Shown in pieces: positions 16,446 to 25,827 of a stretch of DNA of 34,705 bases. Each line of letters opens with the position of its first letter. Position 1 is the first letter of the stretch. Both the position numbers and the translations under genes were made by a program. Source of the stretch: a virus (lineage: Duplodnaviria > Caudoviricetes); IMG/VR virus record IMGVR_UViG_3300009194_000029, positions 1 through 34,705 of that record. One strand, written 5' to 3'. A model generated the notes under the pieces. The model ran no database searches. It was not told the DNA's origin and saw only the letters and a list, made by a program, of their open reading frames with translations.

Positions 16446-17884
16446 CCGCTGCCTCATACCTTTTTATATTTCTGAACCCGATATATAAACGACGAATCCC
16501 GGAAGATAGGAATCCGGAAAATGGAGGACCCACCACGACGACACCCGACCTACAGGGACGGAGACACGAATCCGTCCGCATTGAGGATTTAAGGAAACAC
16601 CCCAAAAATCCTAAAATACACTCACAAGAACAGATCCTAAAAATTGCAACATCCATAAAGGACAACGGATGGGGCAAGGACATCCTAATCACAGCCGACA
16701 ACACAATCATCGCAGGCCACGCCACGGTGGAGGCAGCGAAGACAATCGGTATGGAGGAGGTCCCGGCAACGGTCCTGGAGGACATAAGCCCTGACAGAGC
16801 GCTCGCCCTGCTCATTGCAGACAACCGCATGGCCGACCTGGCGGAGAACGACACAGAGGCCCTGGCGGCGGCTCTTATGGAGCTACGCGATGTTATCGAC
16901 ATAGAGGCCACGGGTTACACCGAGGACGACCTGCAGGAATTCATGCCGGACGGGGAACAGGACGCAGAGGACGACGGCTACGATGCCCCGGAGGAATACC
17001 AGGCAATCGACGAACCGGTGACACAAGCCGGGGACGTCTGGCTCATGGGGGAACACCGGATCATGTGCGGAGACAGCACGGACCAGCGCCAGGTAGCCAG
17101 GCTAATGAACGGCCGCACCGCCAAAATGGCATTCACGGACCCACCATACAACGTGGACTATAACCAGGACAAGAGTCCCATGGGGAAGCCCAAGGGGGTG
17201 GCGGCAGACACCAAGATCATGAACGACAAGATGGGCCGGCCGGAATTCGGCCGGTTCCTGGACCTGATAATAAAACGGCTGTTTGAGGCGGTAGACGGCG
17301 TTTTTTATATATGCATGAGCTGCAAGGAGTGGCCCAGGGTCATGGCTGCGTTTGAGGAGAACGGCGGCCATTGGAGCAGCACCATCATCTGGAATAAAAG
17401 CTCCTTTGTTCTTTCCAGAAAGGACTATCATCCGAAATTCGAACCGATATTGTACGGCTGGAAGGAACCAGACGAGGGCAAAACCCCGGACTACACACCG
17501 ATATTGTATGGATGGGTAGAGGGCAGCACACCGCAGCACCTGGAGAGCCGGAGCAAGAGCGACATATGGGAAATAAAGAAGCCGACAAAGAACGTAGAGC
17601 ACCCCACCATGAAACCGATCGAGCTGGTAGGGGAGGCAATAAACAACAGCAGCGACCTCGGGGACCTGGTCGTGGACCTATTCAGCGGCAGCGGAACCAC
17701 CGTGATCGCAGCGGAGCAGCTCGGCCGGGTTTGCTATACCATGGAGATGGACCCGAAATATTGCGACGTCACGGTCCACAGGTGGGAGGAGCACACCGGC
17801 CGAACGGCAGAACGGATCCCTGCAGCAGACGCGCCGGTCGGCTCCTTTACAGCCGAAGACACCGACGCAGAGGAGGCTGCCTGA
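16433..17884 (+). CDS. ParB-like domain fused to an N4/N6 DNA methyltransferase (start uncertain, possibly ACG 16535)
   Basis: NPKIH..EQI..IA.SI...GW...I.I.....IIAGH, ADNR; DPPY; HPTMKP; DLFSGSGTT; typical position upstream of terminase. Confidence 0.9.
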   Translation: MGPLTAASYLFIFLNPIYKRRIPEDRNPENGGPTTTTPDLQGRRHESVRIEDLRKHPKNPKIHSQEQILKIATSIKDNGWGKDILITADNTIIAGHATVEAAKTIGMEEVPATVLEDISPDRALALLIADNRMADLAENDTEALAAALMELRDVIDIEATGYTEDDLQEFMPDGEQDAEDDGYDAPEEYQAIDEPVTQAGDVWLMGEHRIMCGDSTDQRQVARLMNGRTAKMAFTDPPYNVDYNQDKSPMGKPKGVAADTKIMNDKMGRPEFGRFLDLIIKRLFEAVDGVFYICMSCKEWPRVMAAFEENGGHWSSTIIWNKSSFVLSRKDYHPKFEPILYGWKEPDEGKTPDYTPILYGWVEGSTPQHLESRSKSDIWEIKKPTKNVEHPTMKPIELVGEAINNSSDLGDLVVDLFSGSGTTVIAAEQLGRVCYTMEMDPKYCDVTVHRWEEHTGRTAERIPAADAPVGSFTAEDTDAEEAA

Positions 17885-17885
17885 T

Positions 17886-18353
17886 ATGCCACAAGACCTC
17901 CGGGCCCTGGGCCAGAACGAGCGGATGAGAAAACGCCGGTACAAGGTCCTCCGGCTGTGGTTGAAGGGGGCCACCGCAGGGGAGATCGCGCACAACACGG
18001 GCGAGAAAATAAAGACGATATACAACGACCTGGATTATATACGCGCAACGCCCCTGAACACCCTGCCGGTTGAGGTGATCCGGGACATGGGCGTCAATTT
18101 TTACGAGCTGAAGGTCCGGGAATTGGAAGCACGGATCGCAAAGGTACCACCCGAGGAGGCCAGGAAACACCCGAACTACGTCCTCGGCCTCGAGAAATTG
18201 GTCCAGCGATACAAAGAGGAATCCCTGAAGATGCAGGGCTGCTACCAGGAAAACATCAACCACACAGGCGGCCTGAATATTACGTTTGAGGAGATAGATG
18301 CCAGCCCCACGACCGAAGCACGGGAAGACCATCAATGTCCCGGTGATAGCTAA
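17886..18353 (+). CDS. terS: Terminase small subunit (HTH)
   Basis: GATAGEIAHNTGEKIKTIYNDL HTH; directly upstream of and overlapping terL. Confidence 0.65.
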   Translation: MPQDLRALGQNERMRKRRYKVLRLWLKGATAGEIAHNTGEKIKTIYNDLDYIRATPLNTLPVEVIRDMGVNFYELKVRELEARIAKVPPEEARKHPNYVLGLEKLVQRYKEESLKMQGCYQENINHTGGLNITFEEIDASPTTEAREDHQCPGDS

Positions 18354-19602
18354 ATTTAACCGGCTGTGGAACGACAACCCCTCCGCCCGCCTATTTGCCA
18401 TATATGGAGGAGCAGGGTCCGGGAAAAGCGTAGCCGTAGCGCAGCGAATATGCCGCATCCTGATATGGGGCAAGGGCGCAGAAATCCTGGTCACCAGGAA
18501 GACCCTGCCGTCCCTCCGGATAACGGCATATAAAATGATCAGGGACACCCTCGACGCTTGGCAGATACCCTACGAACACAACAAGAGCGAGCGAATAATA
18601 AGCATCGGGCAGAACAGGTGCTACTTTTCGGGCATGGATAACCCCGAGAAGATAAAATCGGCTGAATTCAACTACGTCTGGATGGAGGAAGCGACCGATT
18701 TTAAACGCGACGACCTCATGCAGATAAACCTCCGTGTCAGGAGGAGGAACCCAGGGCCCTGGCCCAACCAAATATATATGTCGTTTAACCCAATAGACGC
18801 CCACCATTGGTTAATTGAGGACTACGTAGAAGGGCCGAAGAAACGCAATATAGTGATCCACCACAGCACCTACCAGGACAACCCGTACCTGCCCCCAGAA
18901 TACGTGGAGGAGCTGGAGGACCTCATAAACCGAGACGAGAACTTCTATCGGATATACAGCCTCGGGCAGCCAGGCGTACTGAAGAATAAAATATATACAA
19001 ATTACACAGTCGAGGACTTCCCTGCGCCCGTGGGCCTTTTTGTACGAGATGCAGACTTCATGGGGCTGGACTTCGGATTTAACAACCAGACGGCCCTGGT
19101 TGCAATAAGGATAATCAACGGGGACCCATACATAAAAGAACTATTTTATGCCGACCATTACACCAACGGGGACCTGGTCGAATGGATGCGGGCCAACCTA
19201 CACAACAAGAACATCCCAATCTACGCAGACAGCGCGGAACCGGACCGGATCACGGAGATCGCCAGGGCCGGGTTCAATATACACCCAGCCAGAAAAGAGG
19301 TGGTCCCAGGCATAGACCACGTAAAGAGCATGCACCTGCACATCGACCGCAGCAGCCCCAACCTAATCACCGAAATCCAGAATTACAAATGGAAGGAAGA
19401 CAAGGAGGGCAACGTCCTGGACGAGCCTGTCAAATTCAGGGACCACGCCATGGACGGCATGAGGTACGGCCTCTGGAGCGCCAATATTGGTGGGACGACG
19501 GTGCCCATGGACGCCGCGACGGCGGGAAAATACGCGCCAGACGCTGGGCTCGCAGCAATAGACTACGGCGAGGAGGAAGACGATCCAGAATTATGGATAT
19601 AA
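18298..19602 (+). CDS. terL: Terminase large subunit, PBSX-like
   Basis: YGGAGSGKS, WMEEA, SFNP, DFGF, YADSAEP, DHAMDGMRY. Confidence 0.95.
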   Translation: MPAPRPKHGKTINVPVIAKFNRLWNDNPSARLFAIYGGAGSGKSVAVAQRICRILIWGKGAEILVTRKTLPSLRITAYKMIRDTLDAWQIPYEHNKSERIISIGQNRCYFSGMDNPEKIKSAEFNYVWMEEATDFKRDDLMQINLRVRRRNPGPWPNQIYMSFNPIDAHHWLIEDYVEGPKKRNIVIHHSTYQDNPYLPPEYVEELEDLINRDENFYRIYSLGQPGVLKNKIYTNYTVEDFPAPVGLFVRDADFMGLDFGFNNQTALVAIRIINGDPYIKELFYADHYTNGDLVEWMRANLHNKNIPIYADSAEPDRITEIARAGFNIHPARKEVVPGIDHVKSMHLHIDRSSPNLITEIQNYKWKEDKEGNVLDEPVKFRDHAMDGMRYGLWSANIGGTTVPMDAATAGKYAPDAGLAAIDYGEEEDDPELWI

Positions 19603-19719
19603 AAAAGGAGTAAAGGAGGTTGCGGGCACGGGTAAAAAGCCCGGTGGAAATGCAGAAAAGACCGAGTAAAAACCTCCGTGCCCCGGTGTCGTTGCGCATA
19701 GTTGGGTCGAACGCGCTAA

Positions 19720-19810
19720 CGTTTGCAACAATATAAAAACCAATATAGTAATATAAGTATTTTATTAAAATTTGTTAAAACGTACACCCCCGTTTTATAA
19801 AATAAACACT
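19720..19810 (+). promoter_or_regulatory. AT-rich island, probable late promoter for the head operon
   Basis: Abrupt AT-rich stretch with TTTATTAA and TTTTATAA boxes upstream of the portal gene. Confidence 0.5.
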
Positions 19811-19849
19811 CAAATACAAACGACGACGCACCGACGGAGCGACCCATAT

Positions 19850-21244
19850 ATGCCCAACGACACAGAACCGACAATCGTACCCGGGAAGGAGTACGGCGAG
19901 ATATACGTGACCAGCTGGGGTGAGGTATACCCAACCCCCACCGTGACAAGCGAGAAGTTGCAGCAATACAGAGAGAACTACTACGGCGCAGGAATAACCA
20001 GGAAACTCGTAGCAATATTCATGGGATCGACCTACGAAATCGAGGTCACGGCCCCAGACGGAGAACCAGCGGAGGACCTGCAGCAGGAGATCACCAACAT
20101 GGCCAAAGCCCAGGACGTAGCCCTCTGGGACAAAATGAAAATCGGGTGGCAAGATAAGTTATGGATGGGGGCCGGGATATTCAACCCCGTCTGGGAGCAG
20201 GACGGCACCAGGTGGTACATAAGCAAAATCAGGCGCCTGCCGCCCGGCTCGTTTGCCACCCCTCGGGCAGCGACAGCCGGGGACCGGCCACGGGGAAGGA
20301 CCCTCAAAGGAATCGAGGTCAACAACCGAGGAGAAATCGAATGCTGGCAGACGGTCAGCCAGAAGGAACCAACCAGGATCAGGAATGTACACCTGGTCCG
20401 GGACACAACCAGCACGGACCCAGCGGGGACACCCGAAATAAAGCCGGTCGTCCCGGTCCTCACATATCTGGACTTTGCCTGGAAAGCCCAAATACAGAAA
20501 ATAAACCGCGTTGGAGCGCCGCTGTTCATGATACGCATCGTCCAACCGAAAGGCGACGACGTGGCCTACGCCAAGAAGATCGTGAAGAGCTGGGGCAAGG
20601 ATACCGGGTTTATTTTGAGAGAGAACTTCGAGGTTATCGAGTTCAATTTTAAGGACAGCGAGAGCGCCCTGCAGACGATAGAGCACCTCACCGACATGGT
20701 CCTGGATTATTGGGTACCGACCAGCATGATCAGCAAGGACGGCTCCCTGATAAACAACGCAGGCAACAGCCAGATCGAGCTGTTGTACAGATATATCGCA
20801 GGAATACACCGCGACATCGAGGCCACATGGGAACCCCTCCTGCAGAAATACCTGGACGCAAACGGCTACGAGGACCACAGGGTAAGAATAGTCATCCCGG
20901 ACCCGAAGGTGAACGACCACGAGACGGCAGCGAAACAGGCCGAGCTGGGAGCGGAGACCGGGACCCTGACCACAAACGAGATCAGGACCCGGCTGGGTGC
21001 GCACGAGATGAGCGAAGACGAGATCATGGCCCTGCCGGTCAACCAGCGCGGTGGCTCCTTTACAGCCAAGGAGGAGGAGAATGGCTCCCGGGATATCCCG
21101 CAGCAATTCGCCCACAGCACACGCATCCAGGACCTGGAAGAACGCGACCCGAACGAAGTGAACACGGCCCTGGTTGCCAAGGAGACCGAGGAACTCGTCG
21201 ACGCAATCGACCGCATGGCGGCGAAGGTAATCGGCGGGCTTTGA
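19850..21244 (+). CDS. Portal protein
   Basis: 464 aa following TerL; C-terminal G.LTTNEIRTRLG motif. Confidence 0.8.
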   Translation: MPNDTEPTIVPGKEYGEIYVTSWGEVYPTPTVTSEKLQQYRENYYGAGITRKLVAIFMGSTYEIEVTAPDGEPAEDLQQEITNMAKAQDVALWDKMKIGWQDKLWMGAGIFNPVWEQDGTRWYISKIRRLPPGSFATPRAATAGDRPRGRTLKGIEVNNRGEIECWQTVSQKEPTRIRNVHLVRDTTSTDPAGTPEIKPVVPVLTYLDFAWKAQIQKINRVGAPLFMIRIVQPKGDDVAYAKKIVKSWGKDTGFILRENFEVIEFNFKDSESALQTIEHLTDMVLDYWVPTSMISKDGSLINNAGNSQIELLYRYIAGIHRDIEATWEPLLQKYLDANGYEDHRVRIVIPDPKVNDHETAAKQAELGAETGTLTTNEIRTRLGAHEMSEDEIMALPVNQRGGSFTAKEEENGSRDIPQQFAHSTRIQDLEERDPNEVNTALVAKETEELVDAIDRMAAKVIGGL

Positions 21245-21254
21245 GGAGAGCAGC

Positions 21255-23243
21255 ATGGGCGAAATTGAGGACGCAGCAGAGGCCCTGCGGGAAGAATATG
21301 AGCGGACCCTGACACAGAACGCAGCGACCGCACACATGGCCGGGGATATCCAGGCGCAGAAGGCCCTCCGGATGAAACTGAAAATGGACCTGGTCAACGA
21401 GGAAGCCGCCAAATTTGCCAAGGCATACAAGAAGGACCTGCAGGCCGGAGGCAGCTACATCGAGGGCGACTGGGTACCCTGGCTCAAGGATAGGACAGAG
21501 GACGACAAACGACGAATAAGCAACATAATCGAAAGAGGCTACCTGGAAGGCAAAGACACCGGAAGCACACAGTACGCAAAGGGCGGCAAATATGGCCTAT
21601 ACCCCAAAGACACCATCGCCGGGGACCTCCAGGATTACTTTAACAAGCGACGCAGCCATGCCAGCATGGTGGCACGGACGGAGATCGCACGAATACAGAC
21701 ACGTGGCAGCCTGAATCGATACAAGAAACAGCAGGTACAGAAGGTCATGTGGCTGACATTCCAGCCATGCCCGATATGCGCACAATACAACCGGCGCGTT
21801 TTCAAGACGACCGACCTACCGGCGGAGGTCCCGGTCCACCCAAACTGTAGGTGCGCCCTGGCACCGGTCCCAGACAACACAGGAATCGGTGTAGCCCCGG
21901 AGCAGGAGGTACCGCCAGGCTTCCAGACACCCATGCCCGTAGACCAGCCTGACGTGAAATACACCAAGGTCAACGAGATGGAGATGGACGACGCAGGAGA
22001 AGACATCCTGGGATTAGGCCGCAGGGAACGTACGGACCTGACCGCAGAACACCGCCGCTACCTGGGCCAATACAAAGGTAAGAAATTCGAACGTTTCAAC
22101 GCATGGAACAGAGGCCAGACCCAGGTGAAGAAATCCCAGGCGGAGACATTCACGGCCATGAACAACGTCATCGGCGACGCGGTGCGAAAATCGCGCCTAC
22201 CCACCGACATGAAGTTATATCGAGGAATACCGCAGGACCTGGCCGACGATATAGCAAAAAGGGGAGTATACACAGATGCATCATTTATGAGCACGGCCAA
22301 CAACCTGGGGTCGGCGCAAGGCTTCGCCAAGGTAGCCGACGACGGCTACAAAAATATAATACAATTCAAGCGAGCAGGGGGAAAACCAGGGCTCTACATG
22401 GGAGGAGAACGCGAGATCCTCCTGCCCAGACACATGCGGCTCAACCTAAAGGAGGTGAAGGAGGTAGAGCACCTGACGTACAACCAGGCGGGATATCGGC
22501 ACACCATCAAGGCCAGAATATACGTAATGGAGGACGCAAGCCCACCTGCAAGGTTGCCATTCCAGGCCCAGACAATCAAGCACAAAAAGACCCAGGTCAC
22601 CTACGATGCACAGGACCAGGACTGGACGGATTATACATCGCTGCACAAGAAGGGCCAGATCACCGACGACGACGTGGCCGCAATAGAGGACTACATCTAC
22701 GGCGATTATCACGAATTCAACCTCTGGCTACGCAAGGGGGACGATTTCGGAGACGAACTCGCGGAGGAATGGGTCAAGCGCACAGGCGGGGACCGGGCCG
22801 CCATAGCAAAGAATCTCCAGGAACGGGCCCAGCGCGAATATATCCCGAAACGAAACACCCTGGACAAACTGATCAACGACCACCCCCTCCAGAGCGACGC
22901 CGTCCTATACCGGGGATGCGGACCAACCACCGCAAAACGCCTCATGGAGGACCAGATTTATGACGCCCACAATTACCAGAGCAGCAGCCTGAACCTCCGC
23001 ATGGCGCAGAGCTTCGGGGACCGGGGGGAGGACGGGTTTAAGAACGTGCTCGTTTTCAAACAGAAAAAGGGAGATAAAGGGTTCTATACCAGCCCGTACG
23101 AAAGCGAGGTACTCATGCCCAGGGGGACACAATATCGCCTGGCCCAGGTACGCGAGGTAGACAACACCGAATACAAGACCGGGACCTATAGTGAGAAATA
23201 TGATAAAATCAGATACTTAATTGTGGAGGCAAAGACGCCATGA
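21255..23243 (+). CDS. MuF/SPP1 gp7-like head morphogenesis protein with two C-terminal ADP-ribosyltransferase domains
   Basis: MuF motifs ARTE, CPIC, PVHPNCRC; ART1 LYRG / SFMST / EREILLPR; ART2 LYRG / YQSSS / ESEVLMPRG. Confidence 0.88.
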   Translation: MGEIEDAAEALREEYERTLTQNAATAHMAGDIQAQKALRMKLKMDLVNEEAAKFAKAYKKDLQAGGSYIEGDWVPWLKDRTEDDKRRISNIIERGYLEGKDTGSTQYAKGGKYGLYPKDTIAGDLQDYFNKRRSHASMVARTEIARIQTRGSLNRYKKQQVQKVMWLTFQPCPICAQYNRRVFKTTDLPAEVPVHPNCRCALAPVPDNTGIGVAPEQEVPPGFQTPMPVDQPDVKYTKVNEMEMDDAGEDILGLGRRERTDLTAEHRRYLGQYKGKKFERFNAWNRGQTQVKKSQAETFTAMNNVIGDAVRKSRLPTDMKLYRGIPQDLADDIAKRGVYTDASFMSTANNLGSAQGFAKVADDGYKNIIQFKRAGGKPGLYMGGEREILLPRHMRLNLKEVKEVEHLTYNQAGYRHTIKARIYVMEDASPPARLPFQAQTIKHKKTQVTYDAQDQDWTDYTSLHKKGQITDDDVAAIEDYIYGDYHEFNLWLRKGDDFGDELAEEWVKRTGGDRAAIAKNLQERAQREYIPKRNTLDKLINDHPLQSDAVLYRGCGPTTAKRLMEDQIYDAHNYQSSSLNLRMAQSFGDRGEDGFKNVLVFKQKKGDKGFYTSPYESEVLMPRGTQYRLAQVREVDNTEYKTGTYSEKYDKIRYLIVEAKTP

Positions 23244-23389
23244 AGACCAAGAAAGAAAGGGACGCTGACAAAAAAGGGCGGTTTGAGGCACAGGCGGCAG
23301 ACGGTGTGTTCTCTGCACCCACCGCCCCATTCCCAACCGACGCCGTGAAACGCGCAAACGCGATCTGGGACGAAATGACAGAGCAATAA
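23240..23389 (+). CDS. Small hypothetical protein (49 aa) coupled to MuF-ART
   Basis: ATGA overlap with GGAGG upstream; MKTKKERDADKKGRFEAQAADG... Confidence 0.55.
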   Translation: MKTKKERDADKKGRFEAQAADGVFSAPTAPFPTDAVKRANAIWDEMTEQ

Positions 23390-23442
23390 AGACCAGGCCC
23401 ACGACCCGGGCCTTTACATTCACAACGACCAGGAGGCACCAA

Positions 23443-23697
23443 ATGTACGACATAGACACAGCCTACGCTGCGGCGGCCGGGATTGCAACCGCAGCGGCAG
23501 CGGCGCTGATATGGATCAAGAGCAAAGCCACCCCCATCATATACACAGCGATCCGGAACACCGACGCAGACGAGATGGCCGCGATCATAGACATGGTCCG
23601 GGAGGCAAAGGGGAAGCAGGGACCCCAGGGAGCAGATGTGACAAACGAGGAGCTGCAGGAAATAGGGCTCGCGGTTTGGAACGCCGTGAAAGACTGA
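23443..23697 (+). CDS. Small membrane protein with N-terminal hydrophobic helix (possible lysis protein)
   Basis: AYAAAAGIATAAAAALIWI; GGAGG upstream. Confidence 0.6.
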   Translation: MYDIDTAYAAAAGIATAAAAALIWIKSKATPIIYTAIRNTDADEMAAIIDMVREAKGKQGPQGADVTNEELQEIGLAVWNAVKD

Positions 23698-23710
23698 CAC
23701 GGAGGCACAC

Positions 23711-23878
23711 ATGAAGGGCAAAGGGATGTCACACGATACACGCGCGGAGGCCGAGCGCAGGATCCAACAGGGCGACGAATTCCCCTCGATGATTGCCCGG
23801 GACCTCGGGGTGCAGACGAACACCATCCGTTTATTGAGGAGGAAAATGCGGAAGGCGGGCCGTTTACCCGAACAATAA
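23711..23878 (+). CDS. Small HTH protein (55 aa, not in the ORF track)
   Basis: GGAGG upstream; FPSMIARDLGVQTNTIRLLRRKM HTH. Confidence 0.7.
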   Translation: MKGKGMSHDTRAEAERRIQQGDEFPSMIARDLGVQTNTIRLLRRKMRKAGRLPEQ

Positions 23879-23884
23879 CCGTTT

Positions 23885-23983
23885 TGTAACCAATGTAACC
23901 ATTGTAACCGAGGGTCAGTTAAGAACAATATATTATAAAGAGGGGTAAACGGGACCCCGGTTACAACGGTAACAACGGTTACA
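23885..23983. repeat. Origin-like element B (intergenic duplicate of 15298-15396)
   Basis: 99 bp, ungapped, 9 mismatches to copy A. Confidence 0.75.
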
Positions 23984-24093
23984 GACATGCCCCCCGGTCC
24001 CAGACAACCACAAACACACTTTCACACCGCTCACAATACATATATTTAAAGAAATTAATAAAGACATATATGTCGCGCGACCCACACAACGAC

Positions 24094-25209
24094 ATGCCCA
24101 AAGAGACGGCGCTATATAACGCCGCCACGCTTCATGCCCAGGAGGACCAGACCACACCACCACAGTCCCACGACCCCGAGGTAATCCTCCAGGGGCTGGA
24201 GCGCTGGATCGCATACCAGCAGGGCACCACAACCGTCTATTTTTATTATTCTATTGAGAACTACCGCGGCACAGAAGAAGCATGGGACGACGTCCCGGTC
24301 GTGTTCACCAACGGACCGCACCCTGACATGGAAAAAATGAAGACGGATGCGGAGGAAGCGATCGAGGAAGTAAACGGGCGCTACGCCGCGGACATATACA
24401 ACACCAAGGTAATCGAGTCACCGGGCCAGCCCAGGATGACAGCCAAAATCCACTTCACCGACCCAGAAACCCGGGCCCTTTACGAAGCCGGCAAATTGGG
24501 AGTAAGCACGGCCGTGGAGACCAAGATCGCACCGGATGCCAGGCTGGTAGGCAAGGTGGTACCGAACCACGTCCTTGTATTTCCCACCAGCAACGAATAT
24601 CAGCCCAGGGACGGCGGAGCCATGCTATTAAACAATATTATCGTAGAGGAGGAGGACGACTCCATGAAAGAACTCGACAGACTGACGACAGAAATCCGTG
24701 AATTGAAGAACAGCGTAGCGGCCGCCATCAACGGCACACCGCAGACAAACACCCCGCCTACCGACCCACCGCAGGCGAACACACCACCTACCGACCCACC
24801 CAGCAACGGAGAAAACAACATGGACACAGACACACAGCAACTCCTCCAGAACAAGGAGGCAGAGCTCCAGGCCAAAGAGGCCAAAATCAAAGACCTTGAG
24901 GACCAGAAGACCAAAGCAGAGCAGGACCTCGAAGAATACCGTAAAGCAGAGTCCGACCGCAAATGGAACGAGCTGAAAAACAACACCATCCCCGAGGGCC
25001 TGGTCCAGAAAACAGAGGACGAGAAGGAACTCCGTCAGCTGTACAACAGCGACAAGGACGCGTTCTATTCCAAGGTACTGGCCGTAACCAGGAAAGCACC
25101 CAACGGAGGAGAGGAGGGCGCCATGTTCACCAACTCCGAGGATTTCGGCAAACAGAAGTCCACCTACGAGGAATGGGACAAGGCAACTGGAGCCGAAATT
25201 AACGTATAA
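24094..25209 (+). CDS. Prohead protease / scaffold fusion (putative; alternative start 24070)
   Basis: Lies between MuF and capsid genes; HPD and GVSTA in the N-terminal domain; Pro-rich linker; coiled-coil C-terminus. Confidence 0.65.
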   Translation: MPKETALYNAATLHAQEDQTTPPQSHDPEVILQGLERWIAYQQGTTTVYFYYSIENYRGTEEAWDDVPVVFTNGPHPDMEKMKTDAEEAIEEVNGRYAADIYNTKVIESPGQPRMTAKIHFTDPETRALYEAGKLGVSTAVETKIAPDARLVGKVVPNHVLVFPTSNEYQPRDGGAMLLNNIIVEEEDDSMKELDRLTTEIRELKNSVAAAINGTPQTNTPPTDPPQANTPPTDPPSNGENNMDTDTQQLLQNKEAELQAKEAKIKDLEDQKTKAEQDLEEYRKAESDRKWNELKNNTIPEGLVQKTEDEKELRQLYNSDKDAFYSKVLAVTRKAPNGGEEGAMFTNSEDFGKQKSTYEEWDKATGAEINV

Positions 25210-25221
25210 GGAGACACAAAC

Positions 25222-25827
25222 ATGACAAGCAAGATATCCGGAGACTTCCTCCACGGCGTCCCGATAACATGCATCCTGAACGAAGGCACAATCACCGTAG
25301 GCACGGGATACAACGAGGTAGGACACAAGACCACTAATCTGTCATTCGCAGACGAGCTACACAAGAACGAGATCGTCGCTCTTTGTCCGGACAGCGCATG
25401 CACCTACGAAAACACAGCCGGCCTCCCGGTTGTGGAACCCGTAGCCGACGGAGACAGCGTAATCGTGGGGATTATTGAATCCGAACCCCTCCTGCAGAAG
25501 AAGCCAGGCAGCACCGGCGCAGCCGATACCCTGGAAGAACGGCTCGCAGGGGAATATTACAGGGTCGCCACCGTGCGGTTCTTTACATTCTCCGCAATAG
25601 CACCCGCAACCCTGGTCACAACCGACACCGCCGTAGTGACCCCAGGCGTAGCCGGCAAATTGAAGGTCGACGTCAGCGAGAGCACAGGCGGAGAGAACGG
25701 CATCGTCCTGAACGACGTAGGATCCGGAGGCACCGGTATCGTACCTCTGCACTACCAGGCCAAGACCGCCGGGGCAACCGTGAAGATCCTGGTCGCCGTC
25801 ACCGGCATGATGACCGGAGCAACATAA
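25222..25827 (+). CDS. Capsid decoration/stabilisation protein (putative)
   Basis: 201 aa, beta-rich, between scaffold and major capsid genes. Confidence 0.5.
   Translation: MTSKISGDFLHGVPITCILNEGTITVGTGYNEVGHKTTNLSFADELHKNEIVALCPDSACTYENTAGLPVVEPVADGDSVIVGIIESEPLLQKKPGSTGAADTLEERLAGEYYRVATVRFFTFSAIAPATLVTTDTAVVTPGVAGKLKVDVSESTGGENGIVLNDVGSGGTGIVPLHYQAKTAGATVKILVAVTGMMTGAT

Noticed and set aside
24748-24802. Tandem repeat NTPPTDPP x2 in the scaffold gene
   Set aside because: Ordinary Pro-rich linker duplication
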